A DNA stretch of 64,000 nt from Eledone cirrhosa (GCA_964016885.1 OZ024752.1:25730001-25794000); one strand, 5' to 3'. Positions 27,105 through 41,493 are shown, counted from the stretch's first letter. A program made the numbers and translations. The notes: generated by a model not told the origin, from the letters alone.

Positions 27105-27270
27105 AACAAAGCGGATGTGGTAAGATACCAGGTGGACTATAACGCACCAGAGTACCAATACTAAGGGTAGTAGAGTGTGTAATAGGAAAAGAGTCAGGAC
27201 CCGACGGCTGAGCTCCGGATCTAGCAGTCGAAATGGCCAGAGCTCAGCTGTAGGGGTCCTGACTCTTCCC
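27105..27270. mobile_element. Family D copy with fold-back
   Basis: Matches the 10081 family; hairpin centre near 27225. Confidence 0.7.
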
Positions 27271-27720
27271 CACCTCCATATATATATATTCTTTTTCTTC
27301 TTTGGGGATTGAACTCTGAACAATCACTGCTATTTAAAATTCGCAATTGTATAATCAGCAGATGTACCACTCAACCGTTGAGTACCTCGCTTATTAATTT
27401 TTCAGATCCCCCCACCCCGCTTATTAAATTTTACTATTTTAAATGGTAGTATTTTCGCTACAATTAATTTTCTTTAGACATTAAAAAACATTTTGCATGG
27501 CAAAAAAATAAAAAGAACATTACAAGAAATTCAATACGTTATAAAATAAATAGGATGGGTTGGAGGTCTCTATATGTAACCTAAACGACTAATTCTGGTT
27601 TTTTATAAAATCAATGGAGACAACATAGAAAAATTACTGATTTTCCACCACCCCCGTTTATTCTACTCTTGCTTATTCCAAACCCCGATAATTCCCTCCC
27701 CTATTATTTGGGATCTGAGA

Positions 27721-27780
<60 letters not shown>

Positions 27781-27782
<2 letters not shown>

Positions 27783-27915
27783 CAAAGGAATTGTGGTAAG
27801 GAACCAAATGGACCATAACGCACCAGAGTACTCAATACTTAGGGTAGTAGAGTGGGAAAAAGTATGACCCCAATATATATATATATATATATATATAGGG
27901 TCATACTTTTTCCTA
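27781..27915. mobile_element. Family D truncated copy with a small hairpin enclosing (TA)n
   Basis: GGAAAAAGTATGACCCC-(TA)n-GGGGTCATACTTTTTCC. Confidence 0.7.
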
Positions 27916-28341
27916 TATATATATATGTAAGTCGTAATATGAAGTTTTTGTCTCTCGGGATGCGCTAGGGGCGGTTCTTTATTTTAGAGTGCTTTACACG
28001 GATCTTCCCTTTAGTCAATTCTGAGTCTTAATCCAGATCATGCTATATTTGTATTTATAAGCTTCTCTGAGTTATATTCTAAGTGATATTAATCATTAAG
28101 ATGGAATGTATATTACTGACTTAATCTTAAATATGTATTAATTGCTACTCCTTAATTGTCGAGAGTTGTTAGACGTTTTTAAATTAATACTTGTCACCTA
28201 GTCAGATCTGTACAAAGGTTGCCTTGTTGTTAATTCTACGCATGCGTGTTTTCTTCTGCGCCATGTTGGATTATTTCGAGAACACAAGCCCAGCAACAGG
28301 TGAATATATCTTATCTCTTTTAATTTTAGGATAAAAAATTC

Positions 28342-28440
28342 CCTCTCTGATGATCAAGTAATTTCTGGCGGTAATTAGCCATCTTAATTAATTGGGATGG
28401 TTGTTTCTGTTAATTTAACTTGTGAAATTGCATTCAGAGG
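28342..28440 (+). ncRNA. Type I hammerhead with a very long stem II
   Basis: cctct CTGATGA t-caag...(tagccatctt aattaatt gggatggttg)...cttg-t GAAA ttgcat TC agagg. Stem I is a perfect 5 bp. Confidence 0.7.
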
Positions 28441-29414
28441 ATATAAATATATATAATAGATACATATATATACGTATGCGTGCATATGTATATGTGTATA
28501 AGTATATACAAACACAAGTACAACCGAATATTTAAGAAGCTTGCTCTGCAATCATGGGGCCCTGCTTTCGACCTCAGCGTGTAGCATCTTGTTTGTCATC
28601 CTCTCCTCATAACTCTGAGTAGATACAAGCCTCGTAATTAATATTAGGTAGACTGAAACTGTCTGGCAATCGGTCAAAAGGATTTTAATTGTAATTTAAA
28701 GAGCCAAACTTTTTACGCTGACTCTCCCTGACAACTCCGTTAACTTTTAACATTCTTTACCACATAAAACCACATTAGCAAGACATTCTGAAAAAGTACA
28801 AAGCATCACTATAATCTTTCCAGTAGTAAAGAACCCCCCCCCCCCCGCCTCACTAATATTTGCTCAATTTGAAATTTGATGTTCCTCTCCCTTGACTTTT
28901 TTTTTTTTTTTATTAAGAGTTGTTATTGACATTAATAATGGTTTTACTTCTAATTACAAGTTGAAATTTAATTTATTAAAACGTCTTTGCAGCTCACTAT
29001 AGTAAGTTTGTTAGACTACATTTAACCATTTAGTATTTACATTACTCTATATTTACTATTGTATTTTCGCAGTAAAGGCTTTATCTTACATAATATCTCA
29101 CATAATATTGAATCTATGAGATTTTGATATTATCTATTTTGAGAACGATACCTCAACCTAAGCATGAGTGGCTAGTTACAGCCAGTTTGAACAGAAAGAG
29201 GTGAGATAATTCTGGTCGGTTATGGCCGGTTTAAATATGTATTGATGTGTATGACATTGTATTAGTGCTCACACCATGTATATATGTCTATACATGCACG
29301 CTCAAATCTATGGGAAAGCAGGTAGCCTGGATATAAAATAAAATACAATAGAGGTTTAACTAAATCGGAACGCGTTAATGTTGTTTTATCAGCTTATAGA
29401 ATTATATATATATA

Positions 29415-29493
<79 letters not shown>

Positions 29494-29630
29494 ATATGTA
29501 CATGTATATATATATATATATGTATATGTATGTATATATATATGTATATGTATGTATATATATATGTATATGTATGTATATATATATGAATATGTATGTA
29601 TATATATGTATATGTATGTATATATATATG

Positions 29631-29711
<81 letters not shown>

Positions 29712-29759
29712 GTATGTATATATTGATATATATATATTGTTATACTTGGGGAGGGTCAT

Positions 29760-31386
29760 ATTTGTGTAATATTGCCAGAATTAATAACAGAACACACTCA
29801 CTGTTTGGTTGGTTTTCGCTTCTCGCTTCTGTGTCTTTTATATCGGTAATCTAATTTATTCGGTCCTCAATGTTGCCATTGACTGACCAACGGTCAAAAA
29901 TAATACAGATACAATATAGACACAAACACATATATAGTTTATCAAAGTTCTTTCGTTGCACATCTGCAATATCGTCAGTGGTGCTATAGATTCCTCCCGT
30001 TGCATTGTATTTCTACGCCATCTTTATTTAGTCTGTTTATATATTTATTTATTTATTTGTTTGTTTGTTTATTTTATTTTGTCTTCTTTGCGCATGCGTT
30101 TGCGTGTGTGTATAGTGTTTTGTTTGATGTGTGTTCGTGATTGGGTGACTGTGTATTGGTTAATGTATTCTATGTTTACTAGTGTGTGTTTATATGTGTT
30201 TGTTGTTATTGTGCTTGTGTATGTATTTATTTATTTATTTATTTATTTATCTATTTATTTATTTATTTATACTTCTCTTAGGTCAGTGTTGCTTGTTTGG
30301 GTGTTGTTGTTATTTCATTCATTCTTTCTGTTTAGTCTTGGCCTTCTAAGTTCTATTTCACTGGCCTCTCTGATTTGCCTATCTGCTGGGTCATTTCTAT
30401 GTTTAGATATTATTCTAATTTCTATGTTGTCTATGTTACCGTCGTGCTGTTTTCTGGCATGTTCGTATAGTACTGATCCGTTTTTTCGTCCTTTTAGTTC
30501 CCCCCAGTGTTGGTCTATCCTTTCACCTATGCTACGAGCTGTCTCGCCTATGTATGTTGTTGTCATGTTTCTGCAAGTACCCTCTGTACATCTTATGCTA
30601 TAGACTACGTTTCTAGTTTTACAGTTTATCCGGGGTTTACCTTACATATGATACATTTCCTATTAGTACAGTGGGTTTTCTTAAAAGGGTAGGTTTTGCT
30701 GATCAGGGATTTTATGGTGGTTCCTGGCTTTTCTACCACCTTAATCTTTAAGGGGGTCTTTCTCAGGGCCTTTCTACACTGGTTAGCTAATTTCCCTCCA
30801 GGCGTAGCATCCACAAACATGACACTCTGGTATCTCTGGTTGTCGTACCATGAGGTGGTTTTCCCTATCTTATGTCTAGCCCTATCTAAGCTATTCCAGG
30901 ATTTGCTCTTGTATAATGGGCAAATTCCTTTCATGTCCAGTTCTATGAGGGTCTTATACTTCTCCATGGCTCCTTCGTATACTCTGACTCTGTCTCTTTG
31001 GTTGTAGCCAGAGAACTGCATGCGGTTGATGAAGTGTTGGATGTGTCTTTCCATTTCTGTTGGGTCGCACATGCGGGACACATTCTTCATCACTTGTACC
31101 AAATCTGCGATCGATCAGAATATTAAACTTAACACTATAGACGAGAGAGCCCAAATTCTCCACTCACACTATGCTAAACCCATGGCCTCCAAATACCTGA
31201 TACTCAAAAACACAGCAATGTCCAGTAGCGCTAAGTTTAATATTCTGATCGCAGATTTGGTACGAGTGATGAAGAATGTGTCCCGCATGTACGACCCAAC
31301 AGAAATGGAAAGACACATCCAACACTTCATCAACCGCATGCAGTTCTCTGGCTACAACCAAAGAGACAGAGTCAGAGTATACGAAT
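29760..31386 (-). mobile_element. Penelope-like retroelement, 5'-truncated with inversion (RT thumb plus GIY-YIG endonuclease)
   Basis: Minus ORFs 30626-31102 and 30315-30625, separated by one frameshift: SGYNQRDR..., CxxxxCxxC linker, CKTRNVVYSIRC...YIGETARSIGERIDQH...REASEIELRRPRLN. Plus 31113-31386 carries the upstream RT segment inverted. Confidence 0.9.
29941..29981 (-). ncRNA. Minimal hammerhead in the 3' pLTR of the Penelope-like element
   Basis: acca CTGACGA ta-ttgca-gatg-tgcaa-c GAAA gaac TT tgat, about 335 nt downstream of the GIY-YIG stop on the same strand. Confidence 0.6.
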
Positions 31387-31443
31387 AATATAATGTTAAA
31401 TATAATATAATGTTAAGTATACGAATAATATAATGTTAAATAT

Positions 31444-31635
31444 AGAAATGGTTTCTACAGGACTAGAACTGTTTTTATTCAAAAGAAATCATTGGAAAAG
31501 CTTTTCTAGTGATTGATTTCATTTGAATAAAACAGTTTTAGCCCTGTGGAAGCCATTTCTACATTAAAGATGTTTACATTCTACAAATGTATTGAGTACC
31601 TTACCAACTGGGGTTACCCCCGATCGAACCAGACA
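31444..31635. mobile_element. Older diverged copy of the 14326 fold-back hammerhead family
   Basis: Imperfect palindrome again centred on AAGCTT, with the same GTATTGAGTACC tail. A tail-only copy lies at 425-490. Confidence 0.7.
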
Positions 31636-31652
31636 CAACACACACACACACA

Positions 31653-31749
<97 letters not shown>

Positions 31750-31756
31750 ATGGATG

Positions 31757-31792
<36 letters not shown>

Positions 31793-33070
31793 AAATATAT
31801 CACTGAACCAGATATGAACGGATACGGTAAGATGTCCAGACTAACATTTACAAGAACGGAATGTTTAAATTACAAATAACTTACACAAACATATATATAT
31901 ATATTCATCAACTGAATAATATATATATATATATATATATACTATATTATATTTTGAGAATAAACTCTCAGTCGTTTACAATAATTCAGCTCCAAGAAAA
32001 GGGGCATTTCCGAGCAGTTAAATACATTAAAATATATGATAAACACAAAACGTGTTTGCATTGCAACAGACAAAGTTAGCTATTAATGAAATAAACTAAT
32101 TAAAGTGAATACAATTTGTCTGTCTCGATATAAGTCAATAAAGACAAGCTTATATTGGCAAAGGCCATGGTTCCTGGACAAATTTAAATTTCAAAATCCA
32201 AACCTGCTCCGTAGATGAATTTGAACCTCGTAACCTAAATATGTTTCGCAACGGTGGTACGTGAATTGAAAAATAAAGAGAATCGAAATGGAATTGAAAT
32301 AAAAAGTGAAATATCTAAATCTTCTGTGCTTATCAACATATATATAAAGGTTTACATATACATAAAGTTATAGTTATGGTATATATTTTTCTAATAATTC
32401 TAAAGACATGATTTATGATATATTGCTCTGATTATTTAATTTATTAATTCTTCATAGAGCCACAAGGTGACCGGTTGGCAACATATATATCTATAACTTT
32501 ATGTATATCTAAACCTTTATATTTAATAATCTCCCGTTAGGTTGAGATACAATTTGGCGATATTTGGCTGCGCTTTCTAGCAACAAGCCTACCCGCCGTA
32601 AGCAACCAATCACATTCTTTCTAACTTGACCACTGCCATATTGCGGTTCTTAGCCATTTTTGAATCTAATTTTGGCACGATCACTTTGGAAAACTAAGTG
32701 TCTAATTTTGAGTTTGTCTCCTGATGAATCCGAACTCTGTGCATCTCCTATTAATTGGATGTCTAAAAATACGGATGAAACCATGGTAGAGATATTACGG
32801 TATGTAAACATTTCTTCTAAGTTTGAATTTACACCTAATTGTGTATGGATGGTGGTATATTTAGTCAGTTTCTACATGCTGTCGAAATGTTGGATAAATA
32901 CTCTATTGGGGCCACCGCGAAGAGGCCACTTTCGGTTATTTGTCGGAGATTTCTTCATGAGAGCCTTTATTCTTATAGCTTGGTCTAATTGATTTTTTAT
33001 ATGGTTAATTATGCTGATTGGGAGAGGAAATGGTATATATTTTATCTAATAATTCTAAAGACATGATTTA

Positions 33071-33120
<50 letters not shown>

Positions 33121-33293
33121 ATGTATGTATATGTATATGTATGTATGTATATGTATGTATATGTATATGTATGTATGTATATGTATATGTATGTATGTAT
33201 ATGTATATGTATGTATATCTATATATATGTTTGTATATGTATATATATAAATTTATGTATATATATATATGTGTGTGTATATAAATATATGTT

Positions 33294-33365
<72 letters not shown>

Positions 33366-33798
33366 GTTGTATATGTATATATATTTATGTATATATATGT
33401 ATGTATATATATATGTATATATATTTATGTACATATATGTATTTATGTATATATATGTATGTATATATATGTATATGTATATATATGTAGGTATATATGT
33501 ATGTATATATATATATAAGTATATATATATATATGTACATATATGTATATATATATATATGTGTATATATATATACACACACAAATATACATAGATACAT
33601 GTAGGTCTATGGAAGTTAATTATCTTTCATTTAATTTTTGTCAGGCGTTCTCACACTTCAAAATTGCATGTCTGATATTTGTGCCTTTATATGTTTGTAT
33701 CTCTGCGTGTGTATGTGTGTGTGTGTGTGTATGTTTGCATGTATGTATACATGCATATATGTATGTATGTATGCATTCATACACATATACAGACCAAC

Positions 33799-33851
<53 letters not shown>

Positions 33852-33852
33852 G

Positions 33853-34362
33853 GAGGTGAGTTTTATTGTAGCACAATAAAGCAATGCAGATATCGGATAA
33901 GTAGCACTCTACAGTTTGTAGGACTGGAATATAAATAATTGTTTCTACTTTAGGCACAAGGCCAGCAATTACCCAGTGCATTACCTGGTACTTTATTTTA
34001 TCGACCCCGCAAGGATGAAAGGCAAAGTCAACCTCGGCGGGATTTGAACTCAGATCGTAAAGGGACTTAACTATGCTGGAAAGCATGGCGTCCGACCCTC
34101 TACCGATACTGCCAATCCACCGACTGGAGTATAAATAATATAAGATGAAAAGATGGTTAAAAGAGTTCCAAGTATTTTATTATGCGCATTTCAAAAACAA
34201 ATATGTTGATTTAAAACTTCACTATTCACAAGTGTTTTTTAAGCTTCATATCATGTATCCCTATTTTATCTGATGAGAACGCAGATATCATCCCATGATG
34301 ATATTTGTTTTTGAAATGCGCATAATAAAATACTTGGAATTCTTTTAACCGTCTTTTGATCT

Positions 34363-34372
<10 letters not shown>
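33853..34372. mobile_element. Fold-back hammerhead element (motif 34262-34332, plus) interrupted by a SINE; paralog of 60915-61347
   Basis: tattttat CTGATGA [16-bp stem II] GAAA tgcgca TA ataaaata. Confidence 0.8.
33940..34121 (-). mobile_element. Full-length tRNA-type SINE with an 18-bp TSD
   Basis: Flanked by GACTGGA(A/G)TATAAATAAT at about 33922 and 34122. Confidence 0.85.
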
Positions 34373-34406
<34 letters not shown>

Positions 34407-34470
34407 GTGTGTGTGTGTTTGTGTGTATGTATGCATGCATATATGTATGTATTCATACACATATACAGAC

Positions 34471-34534
<64 letters not shown>

Positions 34535-34544
34535 GTGTGTGAGT

Positions 34545-35002
34545 GTTTGGCAGCGAATTGGCAGAGTCGTTAGAACGTTGGATAGACTGCTTTGCTTTAT
34601 TCGTTCTGGCTGACTGCTGTCTGAGTTCAAATCCCACTGAGGTTAATATTGCCTTTCATCCTTTCGAGTTCGATAAAAAAAGGGCCAGTTTTGGTGTCGA
34701 TTTTTCCTCTATATTTTCTCCTCCTATTTTCTCCCCCTCCCTCTCTCTGTCTGTCTGTCTCTCTTCCTCTCTCTCTCTCCCTCCCTCTCTCTCTCTCTGT
34801 CTCACTCTTCCTCTCTTTCCTTGGAAGAGATATATGTGTAGAGGAGAGGGGCTCCACCAGGTTCTAAAAATACCCATGAAACGCCGTATGTAACTGAGGC
34901 GTCCCTACGATTCCACCAGGAATTAGGGGTTCATACTATACAAAATACTGTAAACACTGGTATATATATATATATATATGTAAGTATATATGTATGTATA
35001 TG

Positions 35003-35040
<38 letters not shown>

Positions 35041-35250
35041 GTGTATATGATATTTTCTACAGAGGATGTTAGTTTTGACGTAATGTAGCGCTAATTAGAC
35101 GGTGAATCGGCAGAGCTTTTATAACGTCAGATACAATGTGTTGCAGTGTTTATTTCGGCCCTCTGCTCTCTCAGTTCAAATCCTGTCGACGTCAACTCTA
35201 CCTTTTATCCATTCGAGATCGATAAACATAGTACCAGTCAATTACTGGGC
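34545..35250 (+). mobile_element. Two diverged tRNA-type SINE copies (34545-34680, 35100-35250)
   Basis: GAGTTCAAATCC B-box and CCTTTCATCC/GATAAA body. Confidence 0.6.
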
Positions 35251-35407
35251 TCGATTCTCCCTCTATTTCTCTTATTCTCTATGCTTCTCTGGAAGAAATC
35301 TGTTGTATTCAGTCCTGGGTTCCGCCAGGTTTTAAGAAATTCCCGAGAAATGGCGGAGTTACGGGACCAAAAATAATACATACATACATACATACATACA
35401 TGTATGT

Positions 35408-36117
35408 ATGATGGCTGCAACTCGATTTTGAGTAATGCCATCGCTTGATACTTAAGCATGAGCATCACGGACATGGCTTTTTAGTCGTGTTAGGGACTTG
35501 CCTACAGCCAGCAATGTCGTACATACATACATGATGGCTGCCCCCTCGAGTATGGCCATTGCACGATATACCATTATTAATAATTATTAATTAATTCTAT
35601 CGTGCAATGCCTGTGCGTGAAGATATTTTTTAAAGTGAGGAAAGATTGTGAACTGAGCCAATCCCACTCTCTGAGCGACAGTAGCTATAACCCGAAAAGA
35701 AGAAAAGATCGACATCCGCAGGTTTTATATCGACATCCGCAGGTTTTATATCGGAGTTATCCCAGTTTCCTGATTTGCCTTCTCCTACATACATACAAAC
35801 AGACTTGATGGCTGCAAATTCTGCTAAGAGTATTGCAATCGCTTGTCAGATTACAGAAAATGGAGCACTCTTAGTCTAAGGCCAGCCACACGAACCTGTA
35901 ACATATCCTGAACAAGCAATGCCTGTGCTTTGAAGGTTTTTTAAGTGGGGAAAGGCCTTGCACTCGACCAATCCCACTCTCTGAGCATCGAAAACACTAC
36001 GCCAAAAGGAGAACTGGTCAACATCATCGGATGCTTCCGAAGCCACAGGTTTTTTTTTTCAGAGTTTCCCTCTCCTAGAAAGGTGTTGTGACAAGAACTG
36101 GGTGCCTTTCACTCCCG
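35408..36117 (-). mobile_element. Stack of family A relatives (fragment, family C 35531-35787, family B 35807-36117) separated by (CATA)n
   Basis: Shared core GCAATGCCTGTGC..TGAAG..AAGTG.G.AAAG..CCAATCCCACTCTCT and terminal ATGATGGCTG hairpins. Confidence 0.7.
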
Positions 36118-36128
36118 TAATATATACA

Positions 36129-36211
<83 letters not shown>

Positions 36212-36248
36212 AACGCAGAATCAGTTGTGCGACGAATAATATTTATTA

Positions 36249-36343
36249 GACATATTACAATCGTTTCTCTGGCGACCAGCTCGAGGCCCGATCGATGCAA
36301 TGATCAAACCTGACTCTGAAATTGTAAGATCCTCAGATATGTC
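36249..36343 (-). ncRNA. Type I hammerhead with long stem II
   Basis: gacatat CTGAGGA tct...aggtttgatc-attgcatc-gatcgggcct...aga GAAA cgattg TA atatgtc. Stem I is a perfect 7 bp. Confidence 0.75.
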
Positions 36344-37117
36344 TCGATTCTACGAAGCAGAGTTTCTTATGTGATATTAAGAGCATCGAGTGCTCAAATG
36401 GCATACCGCTTACGGACGCTTTAAGCATCCCACTCCAATTATATATATATATATATACAAAAAATGTTCAAGCTTGTTGAATCCCAACAAATTAAATATA
36501 ACCTCGACACATATATATACATATATATATATATATACATATATACATACATCGTTAAATCCTAGGTTGAACTGCTGGAGATAATTTTGAGGATATTTTA
36601 ACCGATATTTCCGAGTGTTGTTCCACTCCATAACCTTTTATTTGAATCGTCCTTATTGATTATTGGTTTTTAATCCTATCTTGACATTCAATAATAAAAG
36701 TATCAAAGTATTTGGTAATGAAACTTCGACCGTGTCTTCAATATCCTTCAATAGTTAAAGGTCGATGACAGTACATCGATGAAATTCGTATTCGCCTGTA
36801 TCATTGAACAGTTTATTGATAATTATACAAATTTAATTACAACAACAACAACAATAATTGTTATTGTCGTTGTAGCTGTTGTATTTATAGTTGTTGTTGT
36901 TGGAGGGTGATGGTGTTGATGATGATGATGATGCCAGCTGAGTGGACTGGAACAACGTGAAATAAAGTGTCTTACTCAAGGACGCAACGGGCCACCGGGA
37001 ATCGAACTCACGACCTTACGATTGTAAGACGAATACGGTACCCTAACCACAAAGCCACGCGTGAAGAAATCATTTTGAGAAGCAGGAACTGATGAAGTGC
37101 CAGGGGAGAGAGTCTGT

Positions 37118-37412
37118 AAAATTGTTTCTACTTTTGTCACAAGGCCAACAATTACCTCAGTAGATTACTGGTACTTTATTTTATCAAACTCGTAAGGATG
37201 AAAGGTAAAGTTAACCTCGGTGGGATTTGAACTTAACACACTTGTAATAATTGTTTCTACTTTTGTCACAAGGCCAGCAATTACCTCAGTAGATTACTGG
37301 TACTTTATTTTATCAACCCCGTAAGGATGAAAGGTAAAGTTAAGCTCGGTGCGATTTGAACTCAGAACGCAAAGGGCTATAACTCTATGCTGCAAAGAAT
37401 GGTGCCTGACGT
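37118..37412 (-). mobile_element. Tandem pair of tRNA-type SINE copies
   Basis: 37120-37232 is duplicated at 37249-37362. Confidence 0.75.
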
Positions 37413-38670
37413 CCTACATCAACATTGAAACATTAACTGAATAAGCACTCAATACTTGTAAGTGGAGTCTATAATATTATATATATAAAACTTTTTGAGG
37501 TGGTTTTGAAAAAAAAAAAAAATGGAGACACAATATAATATCTACTTGTGTGTGTGTGTGTAACTGTGTATGTGTGCGTGTAGCTGTGTTTGTGTAGCTG
37601 TGTGTGTTTAGGCTTGCTCACATATGCCTAAACACACACAAACACACAGCTACGCAAACACACAAACACAGCTACACACACATACACACAAACACACACA
37701 GCTACACAAACACACAAACACAGCGTGTTTTGGTTTGTTTATACGAAATTGTATATGTTTGTGTATGTCAGTAGTAGTAATAGTAGTAGTAGTAGTAGTA
37801 GTAGTAGTAGCAGTAGTAGTAGCTGTAGTAGTAGTAGCTGCAGCTGCGGCAGAAGAAGCAGCAACAACAGCAACAGCAGTAGTAGTTATAACACCCAGCC
37901 TCCCCTATCTTCACACATCCCCCACTCACCAAAATTTAACTCCCCCACCCCAAACCTAATGATTACCCTACCCTACCCATATTCCCCTAAAATCCATCTC
38001 TTGCTGGGTTCTTGATCAATTCCACTCTTCAGACTGATGAATCCTTTGATCTTGCCGCCGTTTGATTGGAGGTGTCATCTTGCGCTTGAGGTGTCTGTGT
38101 TCTTGTGTGTATATATGTATGTGTATATATGTAAGTGGTGTGTGTATGTATGTGAGTGTGGTGTGTATATATGTATGTATGTGAGTGTGGTGTGTATATA
38201 TGTATGTATGTGAATGTGGTATGTATATATGTATGTATGTATGTTTGGTGTGTGTATTTGTATGTGTGATATGTATGTGTGTGAATATTTGTATGTTTGT
38301 ATGAATGTCTGTCTGTCTGTCTGTATGTATGTATGCATCTATGTATGCATCTATGTATGTCTGTGTATATATGTCTGTGTATAATTGTCTATCACATATG
38401 TACTTGTACGTATATATATAGATACACACACACACACACTCATACATACATACATATTTAGGGGACAGTTTCATTTCATTTAATTTCTTTTCCCTTTTTC
38501 TTTCATGGTAGAGGAAAGTCACTTGTATGTGGACTTAATATCGTACTAAAATGATAAAATTCTAATTATCACTCTCGATGACTTGTTACATTTTGATGAA
38601 ACCTACGTAAAACATGAAATTCCCCCTAAATCTTTGGTTGTGTATATACATACATACGTACATACATACA

Positions 38671-39530
38671 GGGATGCAGGCAAAACACCTAGATGTGATA
38701 ACAAGTGCAGACTCTGCAGAATTAACATCGAAGATATCACCCATGTCATCAGCAGCTGTCCAAAGATGTCATCGCGGTACTATCTACCTATGAGGCATGA
38801 CGTAGTGGCCAAAACACTGTACAATGCAATCCGTAGAAAAGATAACCCCGATAATAAACACATTAAAAGCTACAGAAATGTGGAAGACATACATATACAT
38901 AATATGAAAGAGTACTGGTGGAATGTTCCAGTAAAAACCCCAATAAAATGCCGGCATAACAGACCAGATATTATAATATGGGACAGGGAAAAGAAGGCAT
39001 GCACAGTAGTGGAAGTTAGCTGTCCAGCAGATGCCAATATAATATCAAAGATTAGCGAAAAGGAGAATATTTATGCAGAACTGCTGAGAAATCTGCAGAT
39101 AGTCCACCCTGATTACACCTTCAGATTTATGCCTGTGATTATTGGGGCACTGGGATATGTTAGTAACTGCCTCAATACAAATCTTTAGAAGCTGGGCTTC
39201 ACAGGAACAGATAGAACACAACTAGTTAGGAAATTACAAGTACAATCCATTAATGGAACAGTAAAAATATGTAAAACATTCCAAACATTTTGCATCTAAT
39301 AACTGCATATACACATGTACATATACTAAGCATATGCACATGCACACATACAACTCAAAACGTACACATCCACACATACAATAACATCCATATCTACACG
39401 TGCACACATGCATACATATCTACCTAGTTGATGTTGTGTAAATTCCAATGAGAGAGTCTTGTAACTATGTTAGAAACCGACTCTCTCTCTCCATTGGCAA
39501 ACATTTGTGAATTTATAAAATCAGAAGAAC
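38671..39530 (+). mobile_element. R4/Dong-like non-LTR retrotransposon 3' part (CCHC knuckle plus restriction-like endonuclease) inserted in (CATA)n
   Basis: CRLCRINIEDITHVISSC, RHD, RPDIIIWD...VEVSCP...KENIY. A premature TAG at 39186 is followed by a frame that continues to 39299. The 3'UTR ends AATCAGAAGAA(CATA)n. Confidence 0.9.
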
Positions 39531-39543
39531 ATACATACATACA

Positions 39544-40152
39544 TGGTGGCTGCCAACTCGTTTTCGAGTACGGCCACTACTTTATATCCATGTAGGAGAA
39601 CCCCTACCGATGCGCTGAACGAGTGTGGCTTTTTAGTCCAGCCAGCGACTTGAAAACTCTGGTACAAACACTACACTTGTGAAAATTATTGACAAATAGT
39701 GCTGGGCCCATGGTACCATGTGACAACAAGTGCAGAGAGATCTCCAGATATAAAGCAATGCCTGTGCCGTGAAGCTTTTATAGTGAGCAAAGGCACTGCA
39801 CAAAGCCAGTCCCACTCTCTTAACCAAGATGATATTTACCAAAAAGAAGAACAAGTCAACATCATTGGATACCATCAGGGTTGCAGGTGTTACATCAGAG
39901 TTTTCCTTCTCCTAGAATTCTGCCTTGACAAAGGCTAAGGGGTCATCTCTCCCGGCGATTTTGGATGGCCATTGACTCTTAAGAGCTCCTTTGCCCTTTG
40001 ACAGGTTTTGTTTTTAGTCCTGCAGGATGTCCAAAGTCACCCTCCTCACCAAGGAACCTTGGTGGGGTTGCCAGTTTAGTCGCCAACAACCCGACCATGA
40101 GACAGGTTGTACTGGGATACATGTTACCAGTAGCACCAACTGGTGACCTGAC
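39544..40152 (-). mobile_element. Family A full-length copy
   Basis: Reverse-complement match to 7701-8310. Confidence 0.9.
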
Positions 40153-40206
40153 ATAATATATACATACATACAATCACGAATACATAAGTACGTACATACC
40201 ATACAT

Positions 40207-40730
40207 GATGGCTGTAAACTCTGCTAAGAGTATTGCATCGCTTGTCAGATTATAGAGTTTGGTGCACTTTTAGGCTACGGCCAACCACACGAACCTGTAA
40301 TACATCCTGAACAAGCAATGCCTGTGTTTTGAAGGTTTTTTAAGTGTTTAAGTGTGGCAAGGCATTGCAATCGACCAATCCCACTCTCTGAGCATCGAAA
40401 AACTCTACCTGAAAAGGAGAACTGGTCAACTTCCGAAGCCGCAGGGTTTTTTTTCAGAGTTTCCCTCTCCTAGAAAGGTATTATGACAACAACTGGGGCC
40501 TTTCACTCCCAGGTGTAAAAAAAAAAAGAAGGTAGTATTTGGTTGGCCGTTGGCTCTGCTGAGTTCCTCCGCCCTTTGCCGGTTCTTGTATTTCATCCCG
40601 CAGGGTGTCCAAATATCACCCACCCCACCAAGTGAGCTTAATGGGGTTGCTGGTTTAGTCACCAACGATCCGACTATGAGACAGATTGTACTGGGTTACA
40701 TGTTACCAGTAGCACTCGAGAGCGACCTGA
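40207..40730 (-). mobile_element. Family B (diverged relative of A), full length
   Basis: Shares both the 5' region (GTACTGGG..ACATGTTACCAGTAGCAC) and the core with family A. Confidence 0.75.
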
Positions 40731-40803
40731 TACACACACACACACACATGGCCTAAATACAATGTATGTATGTATGTATATATATATACAGATATAATTT
40801 TAG

Positions 40804-40919
<116 letters not shown>

Positions 40920-41111
40920 TTCTAAACTTATATCTGTATATATACGGAGTGAAATACCGAGACTGCGCCAATGTGTATATAAATATACACATTTTTAATA
41001 CGTATACACGTAAACATGCCACAAATATAAATGTATGTATTGTTTGTTTCTCAATTTGTTTTCCGTTTCTTCCTCATCTCACTCTTTATTAATCTTTTAT
41101 TTCTCTTTCTA

Positions 41112-41147
41112 TCTTCTGATGAAGGACTAATGTCCGAAATGTTAAGA
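41112..41147 (+). ncRNA. Minimal hammerhead-like motif
   Basis: tctt CTGATGA a-ggac-taat-gtcc GAAA tgTT aaga. A more decayed paralog lies at about 23405-23440. Confidence 0.5.
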
Positions 41148-41240
41148 CTCTTTTCCTATTTTTTCAAGCGTTAAACTAATATATTTGTATTTATTCACTG
41201 TACTGTGTTGTTTGCTTTGTTATTTCTGTTTACTTTTTAC

Positions 41241-41282
<42 letters not shown>

Positions 41283-41493
41283 GTATGTATATATATATGT
41301 AATTATTCGCAATAGTGAGGTTGTGATTTCGATTCCCGGATCGGGTGATGCGTTATGTCCTTGAGCAAGACACTTTATTTCACGTTGTTCCTTCTACCTG
41401 GAGTTGCGACCGATTGATAGTATTAGCAATTTGAAATAACCATGGAAACATTGTTTCCTCGGTCCGATTTGACGAAAGTCGATCAACTGACGA

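Noticed and set aside
32660-32992. 110-aa plus-strand ORF
   Set aside because: Reads like an antisense or shadow frame of decayed repeat sequence; no domain recognised.
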